64,000 nt of DNA, from positions 91,844 to 155,843 of the forward strand of contig JAJFIS010000041.1 of NCBI GenBank assembly GCA_021774735.1, written 5' to 3'. The number at the start of each line of letters is the position of its first letter. The first letter of the stretch is position 1. This DNA is from Alphaproteobacteria bacterium. GTDB lineage: Bacteria; Pseudomonadota; Alphaproteobacteria; Sphingomonadales; Kordiimonadaceae. This document shows positions 1 through 11,589 of this stretch, one piece after another. Position numbers and translations under genes: made by a program. The notes under the pieces were generated by a model. It did no database searches and was not told the origin of the DNA. It was given only the letters and a program-made list of their open reading frames with translations.

Positions 1-1388
1 TTACCAATACCCGTGGCTGCAAACAAGATGATGAAGAGTATCAAGAAGGGATAGAAGAACTCTTCTGGTGTAGCAGAAGCATATGCCATCTTCATATAGT
101 ATGCTACGCCAAGCGCGCTTGCCACCATCACTACAGAAATTATCTGGGTAACTTTAGCGCCGCCCATGCGGTCAGCCCACATACCGCCAAGTGGGCGAAT
201 AAGGGCACCAATGAAGGGTCCCATCCAAGCAAACATCAAAGCGCTAGGTCCATTGGGGTTTATGAGGTCATGGGTCATTGCGCCATCAACCATCACATGC
301 TGATAACCAAAGATGACCTTGATCGCCAGTGCAAGTGCGGCTGAAAAGCCAATGAAGCTGCCGAAGGTCATGGTATAGATAACCGTCATGGCCCATGTAT
401 GCTTATTGTCAAAGATTTGATATTGACGTTTCAAGCTGTTTTGAATTTTCCCAGGGATAAGTTTCAAGGCAAACACCGTTGAAACAATCACTATTGGCAA
501 CACAATCCATTTGGAAAGCTCAATACCGGATCCACCAACAACCGCAGGAAGCAGAAGCCACAGACCAAAACTTGCGGTAACCAAACCGATCGCCAGCATA
601 CCGAGAATTTTACCAAAGCTGCCAAAGGCTGAACTAGCATCGGGAGACACATGTTCATCACGAATATTGTTCATGCCAAACCAAGTCGCTATTGCTAGCG
701 GGATCAAAATGAGAAGCCACACCCAACCAGCATTAAAAATATAGGTATCCGTGCCTGCAGGAATTTTACCGATCAATGTACCAGAGGTGTTTTGCAAAAC
801 CATGCTGTCGCCGCCAAACAGGCCAAATGTCATCACCAAAGGCACCACAACTTGCATTGTGGTAACCCCGAAATTACCAAGGCCCGCGTTCATACCGAGA
901 GCATAGCCTTGAATTTTTTTCGGAAAGAAAAAGCTGATGTTGGACATGCTTGAAGCAAAGTTACCACCACCGAAGCCGCTAAGAAGCGCCATCAATTGGA
1001 ATTGCCACAGCGGCGCGTTGGGATCTTGTAACAAGAAGCCTGTACCTGCAGCAGGTACTATCAAAAGGGCGGTTGTTAGAAAGATTGTGTATCTTCCACC
1101 AGCTATTCTTATAAAAAAGCTGGATGGTATGCGCAGTGTTGCGCCAGAAAGGCCCGCGATGGCCATTAAAGTAAATAGTTCACTTTGCGCAAAAGGAAAA
1201 CCAAGGTTCAGCATCTGAACCGTGATAATGCCCCAATAAAGCCAAACCGCAAAACCACAAAGCAAAGCCGGAATGGAAATCCACAAATTGCGTGTGGCTA
1301 TTTTTTGGCCGGTGTTTTCCCACTGTGCTTCGTCATCGGGATTCCAGCCGTAAAGGTCATGGGGGTTTTTATTTTGTGTATCAGTCAT
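1..1388 (-). CDS. narK: MFS nitrate/nitrite transporter (NarK2-type), C-terminal end cut by window edge
   Basis: Minus-strand frame is open from ATG at 1386-1388 (AGGAG 7 nt upstream) to position 1. It is absent from the ORF track because no stop lies in the window. Translation starts MTDTQNKNPHDLYGWNPDDEAQWE. It has a multi-TM hydrophobic pattern and a GLGNFG nitrate/nitrite-porter-like signature. Confidence 0.85.
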   Translation of the reverse strand, partial: MTDTQNKNPHDLYGWNPDDEAQWENTGQKIATRNLWISIPALLCGFAVWLYWGIITVQMLNLGFPFAQSELFTLMAIAGLSGATLRIPSSFFIRIAGGRYTIFLTTALLIVPAAGTGFLLQDPNAPLWQFQLMALLSGFGGGNFASSMSNISFFFPKKIQGYALGMNAGLGNFGVTTMQVVVPLVMTFGLFGGDSMVLQNTSGTLIGKIPAGTDTYIFNAGWVWLLILIPLAIATWFGMNNIRDEHVSPDASSAFGSFGKILGMLAIGLVTASFGLWLLLPAVVGGSGIELSKWIVLPIVIVSTVFALKLIPGKIQNSLKRQYQIFDNKHTWAMTVIYTMTFGSFIGFSAALALAIKVIFGYQHVMVDGAMTHDLINPNGPSALMFAWMGPFIGALIRPLGGMWADRMGGAKVTQIISVVMVASALGVAYYMKMAYASATPEEFFYPFLILFIILFAATGIG

Positions 1389-1457
1389 TTTAAATCTCCT
1401 AAAGGCTGTTGCCACCTAAGCCATCTGGCTGGGGTGACAATCGCGCCTGATGCGCCC

Positions 1458-2774
1458 TTATTTTGCAAGGGCTTCAAGTTCTGGCAGATCACGTGGTCCG
1501 CTAAGTTCAGGATTATTTTGTTTGTCGAGCCGTAGGATGGAAAAGTGCATCCAAGCCAGAGCAATGCCGATGATGACCGTCAGCAGCATGAAGCAGCTGG
1601 TCCAAACACCGATCATATCATTCATGATGCCAAAGGTGATAGGCAGAACAAAACCGCCGAGGCCTCCGATGAGGCCGACAATACCACCAACTGAGCCAAC
1701 ATGGTCCGGATAGTAAACTGGAATATGCTTGTAAACCGCAGCCTTACCCAATGACATGAAGAATCCGAGGATGATCGTCAGAAAAACAAACATTTCAAGT
1801 GGGATCGTAATGTTAAACTCAACAGGGCCATCGATGCCAGCGACCGTATACTGCGTGGATGGATAGGACATGATGAATGTGCAGATCACACAGGCGATAA
1901 AGGTCCAATACATCACTCTGCGGGCACCGAACACGTCTGACAGATAGCCACCGAGTGCGCGGAAGATACTACCGGGCAGTGCATACATTGCTGCCAAGAC
2001 GCCTGCTGTTGTTAGCTCAAGGCCATAAGCGCCAACATAATAGCGTGGTAGCCACAATGCCAGAGCCACATAGGCACCAAAAACAAAGAAGTAATACAGA
2101 GAAAAGCGCCATACTTGGATGTTTCTCAGCGGCTCCATCTGTTCAGCAAAGCTGGCATGCTCGGCACCAGAGGCCTTGCGTTCCTTCAAAGCGGGATCAT
2201 CTTTAGCAAAGATGTAATAGAGAACGCCGGTCACAGCCAAGATGATGGCATAAACCTGTGCCACACCTTGCCAAGCACCACCCATGGCAATGAGCAGGAA
2301 TGGCGCACCAAAGTTGGTAATGGCCGCACCGACATTGCCCATCCCAAAAATACCAAGTGCTGTACCTTGGCGCTCTTTGGGGAACCATCTGGATACATAA
2401 GCAACCCCAACGGCAAAACTACCGCCCGCGAGACCGACACCAAGAGCTGCTACCAAGAACATCTCGTATGTATTGACCATTGTCAGCAAATAAGCGGCAA
2501 CTGCTGTAAGCAGCATCTGCACTGTATAAACGATCCGACCGCCATATTGGTCGGTCCAAATACCCAAGAACAACCGGCTAAGGGATCCGGTTAAAATTGG
2601 CGTTGCCACCAAGATACCAAATTGGGTGTCGCTTAAGCCTAGCTCAGCTTTAATTTTCATGCCGATAATGGAGAATATGGTCCAAACAGCAAAACAGACC
2701 GTGAAGGATAGCGTACTGACCGTTAGGGCCCGTGTTTGCTCACCTTTTGTTACATTTGCAACGTTCATCGTCAC
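1458..2774 (-). CDS. narK: MFS nitrate/nitrite transporter NarK/NasA family
   Basis: 438-aa ORF with MFS motif GIWTDQYGGR and nitrate-porter-like GMGNVGAA. The track start codon is GTG. ATG at 2766-2768 lies 6 nt after AGGAG and is the likelier start. Confidence 0.9.
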   Translation of the reverse strand: MTMNVANVTKGEQTRALTVSTLSFTVCFAVWTIFSIIGMKIKAELGLSDTQFGILVATPILTGSLSRLFLGIWTDQYGGRIVYTVQMLLTAVAAYLLTMVNTYEMFLVAALGVGLAGGSFAVGVAYVSRWFPKERQGTALGIFGMGNVGAAITNFGAPFLLIAMGGAWQGVAQVYAIILAVTGVLYYIFAKDDPALKERKASGAEHASFAEQMEPLRNIQVWRFSLYYFFVFGAYVALALWLPRYYVGAYGLELTTAGVLAAMYALPGSIFRALGGYLSDVFGARRVMYWTFIACVICTFIMSYPSTQYTVAGIDGPVEFNITIPLEMFVFLTIILGFFMSLGKAAVYKHIPVYYPDHVGSVGGIVGLIGGLGGFVLPITFGIMNDMIGVWTSCFMLLTVIIGIALAWMHFSILRLDKQNNPELSGPRDLPELEALAK

Positions 2775-2826
2775 CTCCTAGTGCTAAATTCTGATGAAAA
2801 CATGTACCCATGTGGCATGGAATTTC

Positions 2827-2840
2827 TTGACCTTGATCAA
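2827..2840. promoter_or_regulatory. FNR/Crp-family box TTGAC-CTTG-ATCAA in the divergent narK / regulator intergenic region
   Basis: Read directly from the sequence: 9/10 match to the TTGAT-N4-ATCAA consensus. The centre lies about 60 nt upstream of the narK start and about 100 nt upstream of the regulator ORF. Confidence 0.6.
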
Positions 2841-2933
2841 GTGTAGGGTTCATAACTAGATATGCAAAGAAAAAAAGGGCTAAATTAAACATGAAAAATC
2901 ATGCTATTCCCTTGAAATATCTATAGTTTTGCA

Positions 2934-4586
2934 TTGCTAAACGATGAAAAAGCGTCAATTTGTCACATGAGAAAGGCACCAATGGATTTTGCAGCCCCAA
3001 CTACTAATCCGGCTCAGGATATTCTCCTATCAATGGCAGAGGTTCTACACAGCCTGCAAAGGGAACGTGGGTGCGCTTCAATTTTCTTGGATAGCGAAGG
3101 AAAATATTTCACCAAGCGGCTGAATAAGCAAATAAACCGAACATCAAAATTGATAGCCAATCTATCCATCTTAATTAGTGACAGCGCTTCATTGAAAGAT
3201 TTGCCTGATTTTATTGAAAGCAGACTGAGCGCCCTCAATATTCGATTACAGTCCATAGGCAAATTGCGAGCGCAGGTCTTAAAAGACGATATCAAATATA
3301 CTAAGGCAATCAATGATTATACCTTCAGCCATAATATCCCGCTGTTGGATGATATGATTGAACTTGCCCAGCGTACTGATGAACATAATTCAGCACTTGT
3401 CAGCGCCTTTGCTAATTTCCTGCAATGGAAAGAGCGTTTGGGCCGTGAACGCGCCCTTGGTACCCGTGGTTTTTACAAATTCGCCTTCAAAAACCCTGAA
3501 TTTTGTGACCGCATCATAGCCTTAACCGCTGAGCAACAAACCTATTTGAACTCTTTTTTAACGATCGCATCCCCCTCTCAAATTGCTTTGGTTCGTGATA
3601 TTCTTGATGGTTCAGACATGAAAACCATAGCTGACTTCCACCTTAAGCTGGAAGCTGGAGACAACCTAGATGGCCATAAAGAATTCACCGCAGAATCCTG
3701 GTTCGATATTCTGACGAGGACTATGGACCAGCTTCATAACGCTGAGAAAAAACTGATCATGTCACTTGCTGGGGCTGCAACGCATGTTGGCAACCTCCAC
3801 AGCACGGATTTAGAATCAGGAGTTAAAGTCCAAAAGCCATTTTTAAAGTCCCTCGCGCTTTTTTCAAAATTAGAAGACACCGAACTTGATGACTTATTGA
3901 GCTTTGCTCAAATACGCCATTTTGAAAGTGGTAAAATCTTATTTCTGCAGGGTGAATCAATCCAGCGCATGTATGTTATTCTCGAAGGCTGGGTGAAAAT
4001 ATTCAACGGTACAGAAACCGGCGAAGAGACAGTGCTGCAAATGCTATCCACAGGCGAAACTCTACTCGATTCGGCGATTTTTCTCAATGCTGCTGCCCCA
4101 GTTAGCGCACAGCTGATTGAAGATGCAACGCTGCTTTCAATCCCTGCGCCGGTCATGCGGCAAAAAGTTAAGGACAATGGCAATCTCGCCATCAGCATGC
4201 TGAGCAATGTATCCCTGCGCTCACAGCGGCTGATCCATCAGATTGAGCAATCGCGGCTTAAATCTGCCAGAGAGCGGGTTGGTTGGTTCTTACTGCGACT
4301 GTATCTGAACCAAGCGAACCAAGAAAGTGAGATTTTTCTGCCATATGATAAATCGATCATTGCGTCATATCTTGACATGCGCCCTGAAACTTTTTCTCGC
4401 GCACTCAAAAAATTACGCAGCGATGGCTTCGTAATCTTAAAAGATCGAATTTCTATTCCCAAGGATAAATCACTTTGTGCCTTTTGCGATCAACATTTGG
4501 CCGGTACTTGTGACTTTGTTGGCACCCCCAACTGCTCTAACCCCAATATTGCTGATCTTGACTTAGTGGAGATACTTGATGCGTAA
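2934..4586 (+). CDS. NIT-domain / Crp-Fnr family fusion transcriptional regulator with Cys-rich C-terminal tail
   Basis: N-terminal half carries NIT hallmarks (LQRERGCASIFL, WKERLGRERALGTRGF, TAEQQTYLNSF). C-terminal half has a cNMP-binding-like barrel (GKILFLQGE..MYVILEGWVKI) and a Crp-type HTH with ETFSRAL. The tail reads CAFCDQHLAGTCDFVGTPNC. The track start is TTG; ATG at 2967 or 2982 (GAAAGG upstream) may be the real start. Confidence 0.8.
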   Translation: MLNDEKASICHMRKAPMDFAAPTTNPAQDILLSMAEVLHSLQRERGCASIFLDSEGKYFTKRLNKQINRTSKLIANLSILISDSASLKDLPDFIESRLSALNIRLQSIGKLRAQVLKDDIKYTKAINDYTFSHNIPLLDDMIELAQRTDEHNSALVSAFANFLQWKERLGRERALGTRGFYKFAFKNPEFCDRIIALTAEQQTYLNSFLTIASPSQIALVRDILDGSDMKTIADFHLKLEAGDNLDGHKEFTAESWFDILTRTMDQLHNAEKKLIMSLAGAATHVGNLHSTDLESGVKVQKPFLKSLALFSKLEDTELDDLLSFAQIRHFESGKILFLQGESIQRMYVILEGWVKIFNGTETGEETVLQMLSTGETLLDSAIFLNAAAPVSAQLIEDATLLSIPAPVMRQKVKDNGNLAISMLSNVSLRSQRLIHQIEQSRLKSARERVGWFLLRLYLNQANQESEIFLPYDKSIIASYLDMRPETFSRALKKLRSDGFVILKDRISIPKDKSLCAFCDQHLAGTCDFVGTPNCSNPNIADLDLVEILDA

Positions 4587-5025
4587 AATTTTATTACCGC
4601 CGTTGATTTTATTTGCTTGCCTTGGCGCGATGATTGCCCTGAAAATTTACGCCCCGATGGGGGTATGGCTGACGGGCCCACTGACCTATATTGGGGTCGC
4701 GCTGATGGTGGTCGGTGGCTATATTCCGGCGTGGGGTGTGCAAACTTTCAAGAAGGCAGAGACCAACCTGATGCCTTACAATGACCCCGATAGCATGGTA
4801 ACAGGCGGCCCTTTTCGCTTCTCGCGCAACCCCATGTATCTCGGCATGTTGATTCTGTTGATCGGCGTCGCTATTATTTTAGGCACAAAATCCAGCCTGA
4901 TCGTACCGCCTATCTTTTTCGCTATCATCAATTGGTACCATATCCCCTTTGAGGAAAGCCGCATGGCAGCCCACTTCGGCGATGGCTTTGAAGAGTATAA
5001 AAGCCGGGTACGGAGGTGGGTTTAA
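4579..5025 (+). CDS. Isoprenylcysteine carboxyl methyltransferase (ICMT)/PEMT-family membrane methyltransferase
   Basis: Motifs FRFSRNPMYLGMLILLIG and IPFEESRMAAHFGDGFEEYKSRV, plus 4 predicted TM segments. ATG at 4579 has GGAG 7 nt upstream and overlaps the regulator stop by 8 nt. Confidence 0.75.
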   Translation: MRKILLPPLILFACLGAMIALKIYAPMGVWLTGPLTYIGVALMVVGGYIPAWGVQTFKKAETNLMPYNDPDSMVTGGPFRFSRNPMYLGMLILLIGVAIILGTKSSLIVPPIFFAIINWYHIPFEESRMAAHFGDGFEEYKSRVRRWV

Positions 5026-5213
5026 TGGCTGAAAAGGGGCTTGGCCTTCCGAATAGTCCGCCCCAACCCATGATGGGCCACACCTTAAGCATATGCCACA
5101 AGTGCCATATGCATATAATTAACGGTGTACCGAAGAAAATTTTTAGGTTATTCCTAAAGGAATATACGCGTTAATGTTTATCACTTTCATAAAATGAATT
5201 TTGAGAGACTTCT

Positions 5214-5861
5214 ATGCTAAGCCAATCATTTGAACGAAGTAAGCATGTCTACCGTAATGATGAGTTCGTTGAACTGATAAAGGATGCGGTTAGATTTTTT
5301 AATGGCACTCCTGTTCATCGATTTACTCTGAATGAAAAATTTCTTGGGGCGGGTGTATATGCTCTATATTACACTGGAAAACATGAGCCATATAATGATT
5401 ATTCTAAATTAAATCGACTTTCATATGATTACCCAATCTATATAGGAAAAGCTGTTCCTAAAGGGTGGAGGCAATCACGAGTCTCTGATGGAGAATCCAA
5501 GCAGTCGAGCGAACTATATTCACGAATTAGGGAACATGCTCGTAATATTGAAAAAGTGGACGGCATTGACATATCAGATTTCTCATGTCGGTTCGTAATC
5601 TTTGAAGCGGATGGCTCAGATATGATTGGAGCAATAGAGGCTGCTTTAATTAAGCTTAATAAACCTCTATGGAATTCAGTAGTAGATGGATTTGGCAACC
5701 ATACTCCTGGAAAAGGGCGTTTTAACCAGGCCAAATCAGACTGGGATGTCTTGCATCGGGGACGAGAGTGGGCCGATAAATGTAATGGTATACCTAGCAA
5801 TAAAGCCGATATACTTGAAAAAGTCTCTAAACATTTAGCTATGTTTGGGGGGGAGATATGA
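5214..5861 (+). CDS. Eco29kI-family (GIY-YIG) type II restriction endonuclease
   Basis: 215 aa with a GIY-YIG-like core (GVYALYY ... PIYIGKA ... R..EH). The overall sequence resembles my recollection of R.Eco29kI. It is followed by a C5-MTase with an ATGA overlap. Confidence 0.75.
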   Translation: MLSQSFERSKHVYRNDEFVELIKDAVRFFNGTPVHRFTLNEKFLGAGVYALYYTGKHEPYNDYSKLNRLSYDYPIYIGKAVPKGWRQSRVSDGESKQSSELYSRIREHARNIEKVDGIDISDFSCRFVIFEADGSDMIGAIEAALIKLNKPLWNSVVDGFGNHTPGKGRFNQAKSDWDVLHRGREWADKCNGIPSNKADILEKVSKHLAMFGGEI

Positions 5862-7039
5862 GGTCGATTGAGCTTTTTTCTGGTGCAGGTGGATTAGCAA
5901 AGGGGCTAGAAATCTCTGGGTTTGAGCATGTAGCTTATGTTGAAAATAACCGTGATGCATGTATAACCCTGCGAAATAACTTTAATGCCAAAAAAGTTTT
6001 TGAAGGCGATATTAGAGAGTATGAATTTGATACTCTCTCAAATATTGATGTTATTGCTGGAGGTCCACCTTGTCAGCCTTTTTCATTAGGGGGGAAGCAC
6101 AAATCATCATCAGATGAACGTGATATGTTCCCTTTAGCAATAAAAGCTGTTCGATCATTACGCCCAAAAGCATTTATATTTGAGAATGTAAAAGGTCTAT
6201 TAAGGCCATCCTTTTCAGACTATTTTAAGTATATTTTACTACGCCTTCAATACCCCGATTTCAATTGCGAAAACAGTAATGACTGGTCAAAGAACTTTTC
6301 TCTCCTTCGCGAATTCTCTAGTAATTCTAGCACAACACCAGAATATAGAGTTCAGTTTCAATTGATGAACGCTGCTGATTACGGCGTCTCTCAAACTAGA
6401 GAACGTGTTATTATAGTTGGAGTTCGTTCTGATTTAAATTCTAGGTGGCTATATCCAGAGGGAAAGTATACCCAAGACCGTCTACTATGGGATCAGTATG
6501 TTTCTGGTGAGTACTGGGAAAAACATAAGATTAAAAAGGTACCTGAATATTCACATTCAAAACATTTTTTAAGGAAAATTGAGACCATTAAAAAAAAATA
6601 TGGCTTCATTCCACCACGTTCTCTACCTTGGAAAACCTTAAGAGATGTCTTGAGTAACGTACCTAATCCAAAAGCTATGCATCAAATTGGAGACCACCTT
6701 TTCCGTGCTGGTGCTAGAAGTTATCCGGGGCATACAGGAAGTATGTTCGATCAACCATCCAAAACAATTAAAGCCGGTGATCATGGTGTTCCGGGTGGTG
6801 AAAATATGATCCGATTTTCTGATGATTCAATCAGGTATTTAACAGTATATGAAGCCAAACTTGTTCAGAGTTTTCCAGCGTCATTTAAAATACATGGGGC
6901 GTGGGGAGAAGCTATGCGCCAAATAGGCAATGCTGTTCCAGTAACGATAGCCGAAGTTCTTGGCGCGGAACTAAAACGAGTATTATCTGATAACTCTAGT
7001 CAACAGACTAACCAAAAATACCTTATGAGATGCGCATAA
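5858..7039 (+). CDS. DNA (cytosine-5)-methyltransferase
   Basis: C5-MTase motifs are present: I (ELFSGAGG), IV (GGPPCQPFS), VI (ENVKGL), VIII (QTRERV) and X (QIGNAVP). Confidence 0.92.
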   Translation: MRSIELFSGAGGLAKGLEISGFEHVAYVENNRDACITLRNNFNAKKVFEGDIREYEFDTLSNIDVIAGGPPCQPFSLGGKHKSSSDERDMFPLAIKAVRSLRPKAFIFENVKGLLRPSFSDYFKYILLRLQYPDFNCENSNDWSKNFSLLREFSSNSSTTPEYRVQFQLMNAADYGVSQTRERVIIVGVRSDLNSRWLYPEGKYTQDRLLWDQYVSGEYWEKHKIKKVPEYSHSKHFLRKIETIKKKYGFIPPRSLPWKTLRDVLSNVPNPKAMHQIGDHLFRAGARSYPGHTGSMFDQPSKTIKAGDHGVPGGENMIRFSDDSIRYLTVYEAKLVQSFPASFKIHGAWGEAMRQIGNAVPVTIAEVLGAELKRVLSDNSSQQTNQKYLMRCA

Positions 7040-7091
7040 CTTCTCAAGTGGTATCTCTTTCATAAAAACCCCCTATATATTGCATAAAAAA

Positions 7092-7113
7092 AGCCCCACA
7101 AACCTGCAGGGCT
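7092..7113. terminator. Bidirectional rho-independent terminator between the MTase and thiC
   Basis: Stem AGCCC / GGGCT around loop CACAAACCTGCA. An A-run lies on one side and a T-run (TTTTACATTTTTT) on the other. Confidence 0.55.
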
Positions 7114-7145
7114 TTTACATTTTTTGCAAGATTAAATTGTAGCCG

Positions 7146-9078
<1,933 letters not shown>

Positions 9079-9154
9079 TGAAACATATAATTTAAGAGAT
9101 CTATATGTACGCCCGCACCCGATTATTGGCAAGAGATAGTAAGGGCCATCGCTA

Positions 9155-9190
9155 TAAAAAAATGACGGCCCAATATCGCCTGGACCGCCA
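9155..9190 (-). terminator. Rho-independent terminator downstream of the chemoreceptor gene
   Basis: Minus strand: UGGCGGUCC-loop-GGGCCGUCA (9 bp including 2 G-U pairs), followed by UUUUUUUA. Confidence 0.55.
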
Positions 9191-9223
9191 TTAATGTTAT
9201 TTAGAATAGCTGCAATTTTGTTG

Positions 9224-11452
9224 TTAGTGGGCACCATCTTTACTGAAAATATCATCAACACCACCAAGGAAAGATTTGATCATATCGCTAATTTTTTCAG
9301 AATTACCAGACAGCATTTGGCTAGAATTATAAACCGTATCAGCAGCTGATTTAGTCTGATTTGTACCGGCTGCAACGCTGGTGATATGCTGGCTAACATC
9401 TTGGGTGCCCTGTGCCGCATCTTGAACATTACGCGCAATTTCGTTGGTCGCCGCTTGTTGCTCCTCCACCGCAGATGCAACAGCCAGAGCAAGTTCAGCC
9501 GTTTTTTCCACCGCATCTTGAATGCTGCCCATCGCAGTCGCAGCTTCATGGGATTTTTGTTGAACCGACTGAATTTGTGTTGATATCTGCTCGGTTGCCT
9601 TCGCGGTTTGGCTAGCAAGGGATTTCACTTCTCCTGCCACAACGGCGAAGCCTTTACCAGCTTCACCCGCCCGCGCTGATTCTATAGTAGCATTTAAGGC
9701 GAGCAGGTTGGTCTGCTCGGCGATATCATTGATCAAATTAACCACTTCAGATATCGCCTGCGATGCTTGCTCAAGGTCCACCATGACTTCAGCGGTTTGC
9801 TTTGCTTGCCCCGCTGCTTCATTACTGGCTTCGGTTGAATGTTGAATTTGGCGACTAATTTCCAAAATTGAAGCACCAAGCTCTTCCGCCGCACTCGCCA
9901 CAGTTTGCACATTGGCGGTCGCCTCTTCCGCAGCTGCCGCAACACTGGCTGACTGGATGCCCGTTTGCTCTGACGTTTCTTGCAGAGCAACCGATGTGGA
10001 AGCAAGTTCGCTTGAAGCATCGGTCAAATTGCCAAGAGCTTGATTTGCATTAGTGTCAAAATCTTCTATGAGCGTCGTAAGCGAACTGGTTATCGCTTGA
10101 CGCTTTCCCTCGGCTTCACGTTCATCATTTCTTTTGCGCTCCGCCATTTCGGCCTCAGACCGCATGCGTTCTTCATCGGCACTTGCTTTTTCGGCTTCTG
10201 CTGCTCGTGCTTCTTCACTTAGGCGTAAGTTTTCTTGCGCATTCACCTTGAAAACATCAATGGCCTTAGCAATATCACCTACGTCATCACCACGATCAAC
10301 ATATGGTACTGACAGTTCTAATTTACCCTTCGCCAATTCAGCCATGACCGATACAATTTTTGTTAGCGGCGAAGAAACAGTCATTGACACAAAATACGCT
10401 CCCACTGTTAAAAGGGCTGTGAGTATTACGGCCATCCAGATTAGTTGGCTTACGAGCCCATCAGAAGGCTCTTGCACTTCACTAAGGTCAATTTCACCCA
10501 TCATAGCCCAAATTACACCTTTAAAATTGATCGACCCAAATGCGGAGAGAACCTCAATACCGCGGTAATCTTCAACGGTTAAAATCCCTGTTTTACCATC
10601 GAGGGCCGCTTTTGCACTTTCTGTATTGATTTTGGTTTTCAAAATAGTTGAGGTTTCGCTAAAGCGTGAATCTGATCGCATGAGGCCATCATGACCAACG
10701 AGATAGGTTTCACCGCTTTCTCCCATACCAACTGATTGTTGCATAATGCTATTTATTTTATCTATTGGCATTTGGAAGGAAAGCACCCCGATCATATTGC
10801 CATTTGCATCCATTACAGCCTGTGAAATAAAGCTTGCTGGCGCTCCTTTGCTGGGCTGATAGGGTGCAAAATCTACAAACTCTTGGCCACCGCGTGCGCT
10901 TAAGGTAGACCTAAAAATATTACCCAAATCGGAATCTCGCCACTGTCCCGTTTGAACATTAGTGGCAAAATCAGGCTCCTTAAAAACCGAATAAACCAGA
11001 TTACCTTTCAGATCGAATAAAAAGACATCATAGTAACCCCGTGTTTGCTGCAGGTTTCTGAACCAATTATGGTATGTTACATGTGCTTGTGTATATTCTG
11101 AGCCATCCCCGGCATTGGTTAGTTTTTCCATTTGAGGTGTCATATAAAGGCGCTGAATTTCTGATGTAGGATCACTACCCATCGCGTTCCACCCACCTAT
11201 GAACGCTGTTATAGCATCTGCAGTGAAAGGGTTTTTAGCGACAAGTTCAAGGTCTTGTTCAATCGATGCTAAATAAATTGATAATTCTGAAATTCGTGAT
11301 TGGTTAATAGCCTCAAGATTTCGATTTGCCGCTTCATCCAGAGCTGACTCAGCGGAAAATTTGCTAAATAAAGTTAAGCTTAAGCTTACGGTTAACAGAA
11401 ACACTACCACGAGAGCAGGTAATTTAATTGCGAGTTTAATATTAGAAAACAT
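9224..11452 (-). CDS. Methyl-accepting chemotaxis protein with periplasmic dCache-like sensor, HAMP and MA domains
   Basis: 742 aa. It has an N-terminal TM, a roughly 300-aa periplasmic domain, a second TM, and the highly conserved signalling hairpin ([35 protein letters not shown]). Confidence 0.92.
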   Translation of the reverse strand: MFSNIKLAIKLPALVVVFLLTVSLSLTLFSKFSAESALDEAANRNLEAINQSRISELSIYLASIEQDLELVAKNPFTADAITAFIGGWNAMGSDPTSEIQRLYMTPQMEKLTNAGDGSEYTQAHVTYHNWFRNLQQTRGYYDVFLFDLKGNLVYSVFKEPDFATNVQTGQWRDSDLGNIFRSTLSARGGQEFVDFAPYQPSKGAPASFISQAVMDANGNMIGVLSFQMPIDKINSIMQQSVGMGESGETYLVGHDGLMRSDSRFSETSTILKTKINTESAKAALDGKTGILTVEDYRGIEVLSAFGSINFKGVIWAMMGEIDLSEVQEPSDGLVSQLIWMAVILTALLTVGAYFVSMTVSSPLTKIVSVMAELAKGKLELSVPYVDRGDDVGDIAKAIDVFKVNAQENLRLSEEARAAEAEKASADEERMRSEAEMAERKRNDEREAEGKRQAITSSLTTLIEDFDTNANQALGNLTDASSELASTSVALQETSEQTGIQSASVAAAAEEATANVQTVASAAEELGASILEISRQIQHSTEASNEAAGQAKQTAEVMVDLEQASQAISEVVNLINDIAEQTNLLALNATIESARAGEAGKGFAVVAGEVKSLASQTAKATEQISTQIQSVQQKSHEAATAMGSIQDAVEKTAELALAVASAVEEQQAATNEIARNVQDAAQGTQDVSQHITSVAAGTNQTKSAADTVYNSSQMLSGNSEKISDMIKSFLGGVDDIFSKDGAH

Positions 11453-11575
11453 TTTATTAAAACCTTAACTATGATTCCGCAATTCTATACTTAAATATCA
11501 TTGCGAATATGATCCGAACATCCCCACCTGACGAATCGAAACTACATCTCAAAGCTTTAAAAAGTATGAATTAGT

Positions 11576-11589
11576 TTGATCTATATCAA
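11576..11589. promoter_or_regulatory. Perfect FNR-type box TTGAT-CTAT-ATCAA upstream of the chemoreceptor gene
   Basis: Read directly from the sequence. The centre lies about 130 nt upstream of the MCP start codon, in an AT-rich intergenic region. Confidence 0.5.

Noticed and set aside
2808-2820. CCATG-TGG-CATGG small palindrome next to the narK FNR box
   Set aside because: The arms are only 5 bp, and it cannot be distinguished from chance without comparative data.
5149-5164. TATTCC-TAAA-GGAATA (6-4-6) palindrome and nearby ATATGCATAT upstream of the Eco29kI-like R gene
   Set aside because: They are too short and AT-rich to separate from chance, and no C-protein gene is present. They are noted only as possible promoter-region elements.
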